DNA of 64,000 bases from a bacterium (GCA_021801825.1 JAJYXK010000007.1:24509-88508); one strand, 5' to 3'. Numbered from the stretch's first letter, positions 31,082 through 39,617 are shown. The notes: generated from the sequence alone by a model not told the origin. A program made the numbers and translations.

Positions 31082-31111
31082 TTGACAAAAACACACCGAA
31101 GTGTTTACAAT
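31082..31111 (+). promoter_or_regulatory. Sigma70-type promoter TTGACA-N17/18-TACAAT
   Basis: tttgacaaaaacacaccgaagtgtttacaat. Confidence 0.5.
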
Positions 31112-31222
31112 AAAAGTATATATGTCTCACGCAGCTATTATAAGAAATGCAAGTTGGGCATGGTGGGTAATAAAACCTTTGTTCACATAGGTCTGCATTT
31201 TTCGCTTTTACAGTTTTTAACT

Positions 31223-31258
31223 AATAGACCTCTGTGATAAAGGTCTATTGTTTTATTG
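31223..31258 (+). terminator. Intrinsic terminator inside the 250-nt leader upstream of 31364 (aatagacct-N9-aggtctatt + gttttattg): attenuator/riboswitch-like
   Basis: Perfect 9-bp stem + T-run, located between promoter and RBS gaggagacagt-ATG. Confidence 0.45.
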
Positions 31259-31363
31259 TGGGCTGGTAATTAAATATATTTGTGTTTAGTTATCAGCACA
31301 TAATTAAGGTGTCTGAATAGTGCACTTTTAAAATTTTTTTAAACATATCCATGAGGAGACAGT

Positions 31364-32110
31364 ATGAAAATAACGATAGGCATAGAACGAGAGTGGTTTA
31401 TCTTAAAAGATAATAAGATAGCCCCTTTTATTGGAAAACTTCTTCCCGAGCTTGAAATAGAATGCACTCGAAGAAATCTTCCAAAAGAATTATTCTCATT
31501 TGAGCTGTTTGCGGGACAGGTTGAAGATAGAACACGAGTTGCCTCCAGTGTTCAAGAGGCCCTTTGTTTTCTTCATAGTAACGAAGAAATACTTATGGCG
31601 GTTGGGAGAAGGCTTGGATTACAGTTCCTGTGTACCGAGTATGTCTCTGAGGAGGATCTGGGAGAGCTTGTGGTAAATCCTTTTAATCCTCGCCATAAAG
31701 AAATTTGGCAAGGATTACAAAAGATTGAGAAAGTCTCCGCTTCTCAAGTTGCGGCTATCCATATTCATATTAGCGCCACCCTGGAAGAGGCGATGTGTGT
31801 CTTAAACTTTTGTCGAAAACCGATTATAGATGATCTATGTAAACTAGGGGATTTTTCTTCCGGAAAACGCATGGAGTCATATAGAACTATGGCAAAAGTT
31901 TATGGAGATCCGCCTGAATTTGAAAACTCAAACGACCTACTCTCTTATATTAAAAACAAGGGGGGGGAAAAAAATGTTTGGGATCTCGTGAGATATAAAC
32001 CATCGACCGGAACCGTTGAATTCAGAATGTTTGGCGCTACAAATAACGATAGTTTTATTGCGCTATTCATCTTAGCTTGCGAAGAGGTATTCGCAAGAGC
32101 CTGTGTGTAA
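31364..32110 (+). CDS. Truncated GCS2/YbdK-family carboxylate-amine ligase (248 aa)
   Basis: N-terminal IGIEREWFIL (cf. GxExE motif), central AAIHIHISA (HxH), C-terminal GTVEFRMFGAT (cf. TVEVRV), all typical of the YbdK family from memory. Confidence 0.55.
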   Translation: MKITIGIEREWFILKDNKIAPFIGKLLPELEIECTRRNLPKELFSFELFAGQVEDRTRVASSVQEALCFLHSNEEILMAVGRRLGLQFLCTEYVSEEDLGELVVNPFNPRHKEIWQGLQKIEKVSASQVAAIHIHISATLEEAMCVLNFCRKPIIDDLCKLGDFSSGKRMESYRTMAKVYGDPPEFENSNDLLSYIKNKGGEKNVWDLVRYKPSTGTVEFRMFGATNNDSFIALFILACEEVFARACV

Positions 32111-32164
32111 CACGCAGGCTTTTTTTATTTATTATATAGAGAATACGTTTTTATTTCTTGTCTG

Positions 32165-32992
32165 TTGTTCTATACTACTAATATTATGTATCGCGACAAA
32201 CCACTTATAAAAGAATATGGGAAAGGTAGTCCTCGGGTCGTTGTTGTTGGATCCCTTCATGGGGATGAACCAGTGGGCGCTCGTATCATTAAAGCGATAG
32301 AAAAACATCCTCTGTATAAAGGGACATTGATTACTATTGTAGGGAATCCTGTTGCGCTACAGAAGGGAGTTAGGTATATTGCTCAAGATTTGAACAGGTG
32401 TTTTCCTGGGAAAAAGACGGGTTCTCACGAAGAGAAATTAGCACATCAGATTGAGAAAATAATTCGTCATGCTGATTATTGTATTGATATTCATTCAACC
32501 TCTACCAACACTCGTCGGGCGGCTATTATAAAGAAAAAGAATGTTTTTGTTAAGAAATTACTTTCACTGTGTGTGCCTGAGCATATAGTAATTATGCCTA
32601 AAGGAGTTGGAGATGGATCTTTGATTAATTTCTGTAAAGCTGGTGTCAGCTTAGAATATGGTAAACACCAGAGCCGGCAGACGTATACGGAATCATTAAG
32701 AGACACACTCTTGGTATTGGAAAATTTAGGGATGATACAAAAGACTCGCCTCACAAAGAAACCATGGAAAATCAGCAAATATTATTCGGTATATGGGACT
32801 GAACCAAAACCGGAAAGTTTTATTATGAGAAAATCCATCTTAAACTTTGAGCTAATCAAAAAGGGGGACGTTCTGGGAAAAGTGAGTGAAAAAGAGATAT
32901 TTGCAAAAGAATCTTTCTATCCAGTCCTTTTTGGAGGAAGATCTTACAAAGAAATAATGGGTTTTAAAGCAAAACGATTGGAAAGTTTATAA
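32165..32992 (+). CDS. Succinylglutamate desuccinylase/aspartoacylase (AstE/AspA, M14-like zinc hydrolase) family protein
   Basis: GSLHGDEPVG, DLNRCFPG, DIHST motifs. Confidence 0.6.
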   Translation: MFYTTNIMYRDKPLIKEYGKGSPRVVVVGSLHGDEPVGARIIKAIEKHPLYKGTLITIVGNPVALQKGVRYIAQDLNRCFPGKKTGSHEEKLAHQIEKIIRHADYCIDIHSTSTNTRRAAIIKKKNVFVKKLLSLCVPEHIVIMPKGVGDGSLINFCKAGVSLEYGKHQSRQTYTESLRDTLLVLENLGMIQKTRLTKKPWKISKYYSVYGTEPKPESFIMRKSILNFELIKKGDVLGKVSEKEIFAKESFYPVLFGGRSYKEIMGFKAKRLESL

Positions 32993-33048
32993 TTTTATTC
33001 AAGAAAAACCCCCGCCACATTTATTATTTATATTGTGACGGGGGGTGT

Positions 33049-33717
33049 TCAGAGAACAAGTCTTCTAACAGCTTGTAATGTTGAGAGTTGGTCCTGGGGG
33101 AGTACGTTCCCAATTACGTTATTCAGGATTGTTATAATTCCAACGGGCTGGTGTCTTAATGGATCTATCACAAAAAGAGCCCCTTTTGGAAATTGATATT
33201 TTTTTATCGAAAATAGCGTAGGCGGGAAAGCTTCCCTTAACATCGTTATAAAACCAGATTGAGTATACCAGTGTGACAGAAAGAAGCCCTGTTGTTTTTC
33301 TAATCTACCGATAACTTGCAAACACGCAACATCTGTTTCGTTTCTATCGGATATGGAGCGATGGAAGCTTCTTAAGAATTTCTTAATATTGTGTTTGTTT
33401 TTCTGTTGATCTGATGATCTGACAAGCGAGCGAATGCCACATGAGGTGAATATTCCACCGGGGCTGTACCGCATCCAGTCCATTAGGAGTTCATTTCCAA
33501 GAATCTCATGATTCTTCAAATATTCATCAAATCCACAAGAGGGATATTTGGATGAGGGCTGTGCTCTGAAGAAACTCCTAGATTCATATATACCAATTAA
33601 TAGACGTCGTGGTATATCATTGCTTATTTCTTTACATACTAACCCAATGTTTCCAGGTAGGTATTTAATATCAGCACCAGCATCGGCATAGTTTTTAATG
33701 TTTTTTCTCGTGCCCAT
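33049..33717 (-). CDS. Hypothetical protein; possible C-terminal part of a frameshifted SAM-dependent methyltransferase
   Basis: Overlaps 33639..34001 by 79 nt in a different frame on the same strand. Confidence 0.35.
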   Translation of the reverse strand: MGTRKNIKNYADAGADIKYLPGNIGLVCKEISNDIPRRLLIGIYESRSFFRAQPSSKYPSCGFDEYLKNHEILGNELLMDWMRYSPGGIFTSCGIRSLVRSSDQQKNKHNIKKFLRSFHRSISDRNETDVACLQVIGRLEKQQGFFLSHWYTQSGFITMLREAFPPTLFSIKKYQFPKGALFVIDPLRHQPVGIITILNNVIGNVLPQDQLSTLQAVRRLVL

Positions 33718-34001
33718 GCCACTTGTTGGCTTGAAAGATCATTGAATAATACACGAGGGAGCGGTTTTTTATTTCTGGAGATAATATCATCCAGAATAAT
33801 TTTTGGATCTCTGCATCCAACGGCACCGCCGAGAGTTATAAGCTCTTTAAAGGAAATTTCTCTACATCTTTTAAGGACACACATGAGTTCTCCTTGATTA
33901 TCAACGGTCATATCTGCCTTTTCATACAGAGAAGCCTGTCTATCCCAGAATGTTTTTTGTCCTTGAATATCTAATTTTGGCTTTCGCCAATATTTTTCCA
34001 T
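33639..34001 (-). CDS. Methyltransferase-like N-terminal fragment (motif I ELITLGGAVGC, post-I VLFNDLS)
   Basis: Class I SAM-MTase motif order; ORF ends prematurely at 120 aa. Confidence 0.4.
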   Translation of the reverse strand: MEKYWRKPKLDIQGQKTFWDRQASLYEKADMTVDNQGELMCVLKRCREISFKELITLGGAVGCRDPKIILDDIISRNKKPLPRVLFNDLSSQQVAWAREKTLKTMPMLVLILNTYLETLG

Positions 34002-34015
34002 AAAATCCTCCGGTC

Positions 34016-34495
34016 TTAGTTATGGGGTTGTTCTGTTATCTGCACAACAAATGCTTTAGTGAGCGTGATGACATCTTTTGGTTTCAGTGAGAATGTCTTG
34101 CTATTATCACCGGCGCCACAATACAAAATGTCTTGTTTGAGAAATGAATCATCAATATAAGTTGGAATTTCAGCCCCGAATGGGGGAATTGCTCCAATAG
34201 TAAAGCCAGCCTCCTCCACAGATTCTTTTGAGGCAAGTTGTATATCTTTCCGCGTAACCGAGAGAACTTCTGCTAATTTCTTTAGATTAAGATGGGCCAT
34301 ACCAGGAATCACTACTCTACACAATCCTTTTCCTGAAATAACCATGAGTAGGGTTTTTGCCATTTCATTTTCTGGGATGTCTAACTCACGTACGACATCC
34401 TCCATAGTAAAAACTGGTGCGTGATCCATTATTTCAAAAGCAATAGCATTATCTATCAATATAGCGCGAAGTTGTTCAAATGAGATTTTTGTCAT
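34016..34495 (-). CDS. YbaK/ProX-family aminoacyl-tRNA trans-editing deacylase
   Basis: KTLLMVISGKG, GAIPPFG, CGAGDNSKTF match YbaK family pattern (KTLL, GGxSPLG, SGGKRG) recalled from memory. Confidence 0.7.
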   Translation of the reverse strand: MTKISFEQLRAILIDNAIAFEIMDHAPVFTMEDVVRELDIPENEMAKTLLMVISGKGLCRVVIPGMAHLNLKKLAEVLSVTRKDIQLASKESVEEAGFTIGAIPPFGAEIPTYIDDSFLKQDILYCGAGDNSKTFSLKPKDVITLTKAFVVQITEQPHN

Positions 34496-34575
34496 AAGTA
34501 CTCCTTTCTAGTTATTAAAGAACAATTCTTTGTATTTATATAATGCTTTATTTTTAGCTTTTGTGCAAACCCTTA

Positions 34576-35727
34576 TTATTGTTGTGAAAACTTCATAGAG
34601 AGCACCATCTGCTCAACATTTGCGGTCATGCGCAAAATGTCGTTTTCTAATTTATCGGGAGCTTGGTAGAGCGCGTTGTTTGAGAATGGAATTTGAACGC
34701 GGTGGATCTTAAATTGAAACGCATAACAAGTCCCATTATATGAAGTGTAGTAGTAAATGTAATCAGAGCGTTGATTGTTTATTCCAAAATCGCTTCTCTT
34801 TATTCTTTTAAATAGTTGATAAAGTCCCTGTAAGGTATCTATGTTTCCATATACATAACCACGTGCAATGTTTACTTCGGCGGTGGTGGGGCAGGCATCG
34901 GCGTTTCCGGGTTTCTCAGATAGGATTATTTCAGAGGCATCTACCGTTTCAATATCATTGGCGTGAATGTAGTAATTCAGCTTAGGCGCCAATTTTAAAA
35001 CGGTGGTCCCAGGATACTGTGGTCCAAACGAAGCAAAAGAAAAATCATCGGGGTAGGTGAGAGAAAAATTATGTTGGATATCTTTGTAGGTTTGCCAAAC
35101 CGATTGTGGGTGCTGCGAAGAGTCAGGTGAAGCAATGTTAAATTCATCACTTAAGTCTTCGGCGATTGTTCCCTTTGGTGTGGTGCTATGAACACGAAGA
35201 CGATATGAGCCATTAGATATCGTTACATCAGAAAACCACACATATGTTCCAGTGTCGGCGGTATTAGTGACAATATTTTTTACAATCGCGCCACTCTGAT
35301 CTTGTAAATCAAGAGTTATATTTTTAAGACCTGCTAATTTTGATTTCCACAAAATGATAGCAACTGGGGTGTGATAGCGCGGATCATTGATGAGCGTTTT
35401 GTTACGCGTGGGATAGAGTATAGAAATAGCCGATGGTGATTGGGGGATAGTAACCGTAGGAGCATCTGGTAAAGAATTTTGTGTTGAGGGTGATGATGGT
35501 ACCGTTGAAAGAGTCGTTCCTTGTCCTTGTTGATAGGTGTTATTTTCTGGATTTTTTAGCTGATAAGGTATTCCCACAGTTGTAGTAGTGGGGGATTGGG
35601 TGTCGTCTGTGGAAGTTGGTGTTGTTTTGCTCCCGTATGAAGAGATTCCAATACCAATTCCGATAATGACCACAAAAATAACAACAAATACGGCGAGGGG
35701 TATATGTTTTTTTGGTAAACTAATCAT
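34576..35727 (-). CDS. Membrane-anchored extracellular hypothetical protein (Thr/Ser/Pro-rich linker, beta-rich C-terminus)
   Basis: N-terminal TM LAVFVVIFVVIIGIGIGI. Confidence 0.5.
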   Translation of the reverse strand: MISLPKKHIPLAVFVVIFVVIIGIGIGISSYGSKTTPTSTDDTQSPTTTTVGIPYQLKNPENNTYQQGQGTTLSTVPSSPSTQNSLPDAPTVTIPQSPSAISILYPTRNKTLINDPRYHTPVAIILWKSKLAGLKNITLDLQDQSGAIVKNIVTNTADTGTYVWFSDVTISNGSYRLRVHSTTPKGTIAEDLSDEFNIASPDSSQHPQSVWQTYKDIQHNFSLTYPDDFSFASFGPQYPGTTVLKLAPKLNYYIHANDIETVDASEIILSEKPGNADACPTTAEVNIARGYVYGNIDTLQGLYQLFKRIKRSDFGINNQRSDYIYYYTSYNGTCYAFQFKIHRVQIPFSNNALYQAPDKLENDILRMTANVEQMVLSMKFSQQ

Positions 35728-35842
35728 AGTAATTATGATATATCAAAACGTGAGGAATTAAAATCATCGGTTGATTTTTGAGCTTAAAAAAAGTATGCTG
35801 TTTTATGTTATAAGTTATATATTGTTAGTTTTCTGTTGTTTT

Positions 35843-35888
35843 GGAGAGGTGTCAGAGTCCTGCCTGCCGGTAGGCAGGGGTCTATTGT
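35843..35888 (+). repeat. Direct repeat copy 1: tRNA-Ser positions 1-16 + 20-nt hairpin insertion (cctgcctgccggtaggcagg) + tRNA positions 17-26/30
   Basis: ggagaggtgtcagagtcctgcctgccggtaggcaggggtctattgt(gcag). Confidence 0.85.
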
Positions 35889-35906
35889 GCAGAGTTACTT
35901 ATAATT

Positions 35907-36152
35907 ATGTACTTTGTGTATATCTTAAAAAGTGAAAAAGATGGTGGAATATATGTTGGTAAAACAAACGACATTCATCGAAGACTCTTAGAGCACAACG
36001 CTGGACACACACAGTCGTTAAAAAACAGGACACCCCTAACACTTTTAGAATGCATAGAGTGTGGAACAGAAGAAGATGCTCGTCATCTTGAAAAAGAATA
36101 CAAGAAAGGATATAAGCGTGAGGAGATAAAAAGAAAGTACAATTTACAATAA
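35907..36152 (+). CDS. GIY-YIG nuclease family protein (81 aa, UPF0213/YazA-like)
   Basis: MYFVYILKSEKDGGIYVGKTNDIHRRLLEHN GIY-YIG motif; flanked by 46-nt direct repeats. Confidence 0.7.
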   Translation: MYFVYILKSEKDGGIYVGKTNDIHRRLLEHNAGHTQSLKNRTPLTLLECIECGTEEDARHLEKEYKKGYKREEIKRKYNLQ

Positions 36153-36157
36153 AATAT

Positions 36158-36203
36158 GGAGAGGTGTCAGAGTCCTGCCTGCCGGTAGGCAGGGGTCTAT
36201 TGT
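36158..36203 (+). repeat. Direct repeat copy 2 (identical 46 nt), ends in TATAAT 42 nt upstream of tRNA-Ser
   Basis: ggagaggtgtcagagtcctgcctgccggtaggcaggggtctattgt + ataat. Confidence 0.85.
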
Positions 36204-36245
36204 ATAATCCTCGACATATTCTATATTTACATAAAGCATGAGTAT

Positions 36246-36332
36246 GGAGAGGTGTCAGAGTGGTCTATTGTGCAGCTTTGCTAAAGCTGTGGGGCTTAAC
36301 CGCCCCCGGGAGTTCGAATCTCCCCCTCTCCG
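36246..36332 (+). tRNA. tRNA-Ser (anticodon GCU), long variable arm, G73
   Basis: GGAGAGG acceptor, anticodon arm CAGCT-TTGCTAA-AGCTG, variable arm GGGGC-TTAACC-GCCCC, T-arm GGGAG-TTCGAAT-CTCCC. Confidence 0.85.
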
Positions 36333-36440
36333 CAGTAAGAACTTTTTATCGGATGACCTGAATGCCCGCATATTTCCTTACTTTTTGAAAATCAAAATTT
36401 ATTAAAAAGCAGGCAGGAGGAAGGGATTCGAAATATAATT

Positions 36441-36917
36441 ATGAAAAACCCAGAAAAAAGCTTTCAATGGATAGTGAATATTTTACAAAAACATAACGTT
36501 CCTTTTGTGGTGACGGGGGGACTTGCCGCAAAAAGTTATGGATCTCCACGACCGCTTAACGATATTGATATAGATATTCATGATAATGACTTTGCAAAAA
36601 TAATAGATGACATAAGACCATATCTTACCTTTGGTCCTGCGGTGCTTGTTGATGAGCGATGGGACACTATGCTTGCAACGTTAAATTATGAGGGGCAAGA
36701 TATAGATTTGAGTGGGGGAGATACACTTAAAATATGCGATGCGCGAACAGGAGAATGGAAACTCAACAAGACCGACTTCTCAAATGTTGAACATAAAGAT
36801 ATTTTTGGAATCACGGTCCCCGTTGCTATCCGTGAAGATCTTATAGCGTATAAATCAATGTTAGAAGGAGACCATCAATTAGTTGATATTCAAGCGATGA
36901 AAGATTCTATAAAATAA
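36441..36917 (+). CDS. Minimal nucleotidyltransferase of the pol-beta superfamily, Lnu(A)/ANT-like (158 aa)
   Basis: VTGGLAAKSYGSPRPLNDIDIDIH fits hG[GS]-x9-13-DhD NTase motif; size and C-terminal region resemble lincosamide nucleotidyltransferases (from memory). Confidence 0.5.
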   Translation: MKNPEKSFQWIVNILQKHNVPFVVTGGLAAKSYGSPRPLNDIDIDIHDNDFAKIIDDIRPYLTFGPAVLVDERWDTMLATLNYEGQDIDLSGGDTLKICDARTGEWKLNKTDFSNVEHKDIFGITVPVAIREDLIAYKSMLEGDHQLVDIQAMKDSIK

Positions 36918-36956
36918 TTTTTTATAGTGATGAGTTTATATTTTTAAGTATTCAGA

Positions 36957-37799
36957 ATGATTTTACATATGATTTCTTGTGACGTACGAGAGGTTGAATT
37001 TAAAGGAGAAAAAATTGATGTGGGAATATATAAAAATAAGAATAAGAACAAAAAAGATGTTCTGTTTCTCCATGGACTGGGATCAAATACTTTAGATTCT
37101 TATAGTAAGACTTTAGACAAACTTCCCCAAGAGAGAATATGCGCGATTGATTGGTTGGGGCATGGAGCAACAACAAAATTACTTCGCGATAAAGATTCTT
37201 ATGGGGCAGAGTATATGGCGGACTATCTAAAAACGGTTATAGATTTCTTGATAGATAATGATATTTTAGATACGCACTTTTTCATTGTGGCTATGTCTAT
37301 GTCGGCAATTCCTATTGCCTATCTGTACCCACAGTATGAGAAAAATATTAAAAAAATAGTTTTCTTGCACCCTGCGGGAATGGATAAAAAGATGGGATAT
37401 GTATTCGCGTTTTTTAGTAAGTACATCACACAAAATATTTTTTTCTCGTGGTTCTTTTCTTATTGGATACTGAATAAAAAAGCAAGAAGAGTTCTTCAAA
37501 AGAACTTAAAAGTGAAAAATTGGGGTGTTATTGTTTCAAAATATGCCAGTGAAGGATATGATCTTTTTGGTCATATGAAAGAGACTCATTATATTCCGGA
37601 AAAATTTAATAAAATAAAGAAACCCGTTTTGCTCGTATGCGGAGAGAGGGACATGATCTTTACACGGAGGAAATATTTACATTTTGCAGTTGAGCATAAT
37701 TGGAAAGTACACATTCTAGGAAAAGAGGAGCATGCGTTGGGGAGAGGTAACTCAGATAGTGTTGCTGAGGAGATAAAAAATTTCTTTGAGTTAGTATAA
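36957..37799 (+). CDS. Alpha/beta-hydrolase fold protein
   Basis: VLFLHGLGSN oxyanion region, AMSMS nucleophile elbow-like, C-terminal His region. Confidence 0.5.
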   Translation: MILHMISCDVREVEFKGEKIDVGIYKNKNKNKKDVLFLHGLGSNTLDSYSKTLDKLPQERICAIDWLGHGATTKLLRDKDSYGAEYMADYLKTVIDFLIDNDILDTHFFIVAMSMSAIPIAYLYPQYEKNIKKIVFLHPAGMDKKMGYVFAFFSKYITQNIFFSWFFSYWILNKKARRVLQKNLKVKNWGVIVSKYASEGYDLFGHMKETHYIPEKFNKIKKPVLLVCGERDMIFTRRKYLHFAVEHNWKVHILGKEEHALGRGNSDSVAEEIKNFFELV

Positions 37800-37871
37800 A
37801 GCGCTTTGTGCGTGTATGGGCATTTTGTAGTAAAACTTGCTCTTTTCGCGTTTTCTGATATTATATAATCC

Positions 37872-39338
37872 ATGTCAAAAACTACCGCACAAAATCAGGC
37901 TTCTGAGCAAATAACCCGTCCTCCCGTTGTGGTGGTTATGGGCCATGTTGATCATGGCAAAACAACTCTTTTGGATTACATCCGCAAAACTCGCGTAGCA
38001 GAACGTGAAGCGGGTGGTATCACACAAGCAACTGGAGCGTATGAAATTGTATGGAAAGATAAAAAAATAACGTTTATTGATACTCCTGGACACCAAGCGT
38101 TTACCTGTATGCGTCAGCGAGGAGCAGATATTGCTGATTTGGCGGTGTTGGTAGTTGCGGCGGATGATGGCGTAAAACCGCAAACCAAAGAAGCGATTGA
38201 TATTTTGAAAAAATGTGGCACGCCGTTTGTGGTGGCAATTAATAAAATTGATAAGAACAATGCCGACCCAGAACGAACCCGACAATCACTCATGGGAAAC
38301 AGCGTGCTTCTTGAAAAATATGGAGGAGATATTGCGTGGGTAGAAATCTCGGCAAAATTAGGAACCGGAGTTGATGAATTATTGGATCATTTGTTGTTGA
38401 TGTGGGAAATGGAGCCGGGTACGTGTAATCTTTCTGCTCCGGGAAAGGGGTTTGTATTAGAATCGCATCGTAATGGACAACAAGGAATCGTAGTGTCAGT
38501 AATTATAAAAGATGGAACGGTTCGTACTGGAGAACAGATTTGTACGAAAAGTGCGTATGGAAAAATTCGCGCGTTGGAAACATTCTCAGGTGCGCGAACA
38601 CAGCTTCTGCAACCTTCAAGCCCTGCGCGCATTATTGGTTTTGAATCATTGCCAGAAACCGGAGAAGAATTTTTTATTGGCGCAGAATTGGATGCGTTTG
38701 TAAATGCTGCGCCTATGGAGCAGGAAAAGAAAAATACACAAGTGATTTCTCCCGAAGAAGATGCGGTGAAAATTATTTTGAAGGCAGATGTGTCGGGATC
38801 TTTAGAGGCGCTCTCTCAGGTGTTGTTAGCATTGTCACTGAAGAATCTTAAATTGCACATTGTTTCTCAAGAAGTGGGAGAGGTGAGTGATGGAGATGTT
38901 AAATTGGCAAGCACTACGGGGGCGACTATTATTGCGTTCAACGTGAAGGTGACTAAACCAGCAGAAAATTTGGCTATGGGGCAACACGTGAAGATTGTGT
39001 CATCTGATATTATCTACCGACTCATTGAAAGATTAGAAGAAATGGACGAACACGCGAACGAGAAACCGGTGGCGGGAATTCTGGAAATTCTAGCGGTATT
39101 TAGCAATAAAAATAAGAAATGGCTCATCGGAGGAAAAGTGGTTGAGGGGAGATTATTATTACAAGATAAATTTACGGTATCTCGCGCTGACGCGCCGTTA
39201 GGACGGGGGCGTATTACGAATTTGCAACGCAATAAAATGGATGCAAAACGCGTTGAAGAGGGGGAGTGTGGTTTGATGGTAGAAACACCCGTTGAATTAA
39301 AGGTGGGAGACCATCTCATTGTGGAATTTGAAGACTAG
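37872..39338 (+). CDS. infB: Translation initiation factor IF-2 (short form, 488 aa, G domain + C-terminal domains only)
   Basis: [29 protein letters not shown]; followed by rbfA as in canonical operon. Confidence 0.85.
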   Translation: MSKTTAQNQASEQITRPPVVVVMGHVDHGKTTLLDYIRKTRVAEREAGGITQATGAYEIVWKDKKITFIDTPGHQAFTCMRQRGADIADLAVLVVAADDGVKPQTKEAIDILKKCGTPFVVAINKIDKNNADPERTRQSLMGNSVLLEKYGGDIAWVEISAKLGTGVDELLDHLLLMWEMEPGTCNLSAPGKGFVLESHRNGQQGIVVSVIIKDGTVRTGEQICTKSAYGKIRALETFSGARTQLLQPSSPARIIGFESLPETGEEFFIGAELDAFVNAAPMEQEKKNTQVISPEEDAVKIILKADVSGSLEALSQVLLALSLKNLKLHIVSQEVGEVSDGDVKLASTTGATIIAFNVKVTKPAENLAMGQHVKIVSSDIIYRLIERLEEMDEHANEKPVAGILEILAVFSNKNKKWLIGGKVVEGRLLLQDKFTVSRADAPLGRGRITNLQRNKMDAKRVEEGECGLMVETPVELKVGDHLIVEFED

Positions 39339-39341
39339 ACT

Positions 39342-39617
39342 ATGACACTATATAGAACACAGAGGATGGAGAGTGTGATGGAACAGATTCTCGCGGAAGA
39401 AATTGTGAAAACGATTGAAGACGCGGATACCTTGATTACGCTTACGAATATACACATTGATCTAGAAAACGACCAAGCGATTATTTCGGTTGCGGTGTTC
39501 CCCGACGAAAAACGCGAGGCGGTATTGGGAGGGCTGAATAGACGAGCGGGGAATCTTGCGTTCACAGTTTTGAAAAAAATGAAAGTAAAGAAAATTCCGT
39601 TTTTAGTTTTTGTATAA
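39342..39617 (+). CDS. rbfA: Ribosome-binding factor A-like
   Basis: Position after infB; ITLTNIHIDLENDQAIISVAVFP and C-terminal KKIPFLVF resemble RbfA. Confidence 0.5.
   Translation: MTLYRTQRMESVMEQILAEEIVKTIEDADTLITLTNIHIDLENDQAIISVAVFPDEKREAVLGGLNRRAGNLAFTVLKKMKVKKIPFLVFV

Noticed and set aside
31112-31363. Known riboswitch class (TPP, SAM, glycine, lysine, cobalamin) in the leader of the ligase/hydrolase operon
   Set aside because: None of the class-defining conserved sequence blocks could be found by eye. The element is retained only as an unclassified attenuator-like leader.
35843-36203. CRISPR array
   Set aside because: Only two repeat copies, the repeats are tRNA-derived, and the intervening sequence is a protein-coding GIY-YIG gene, not a spacer.
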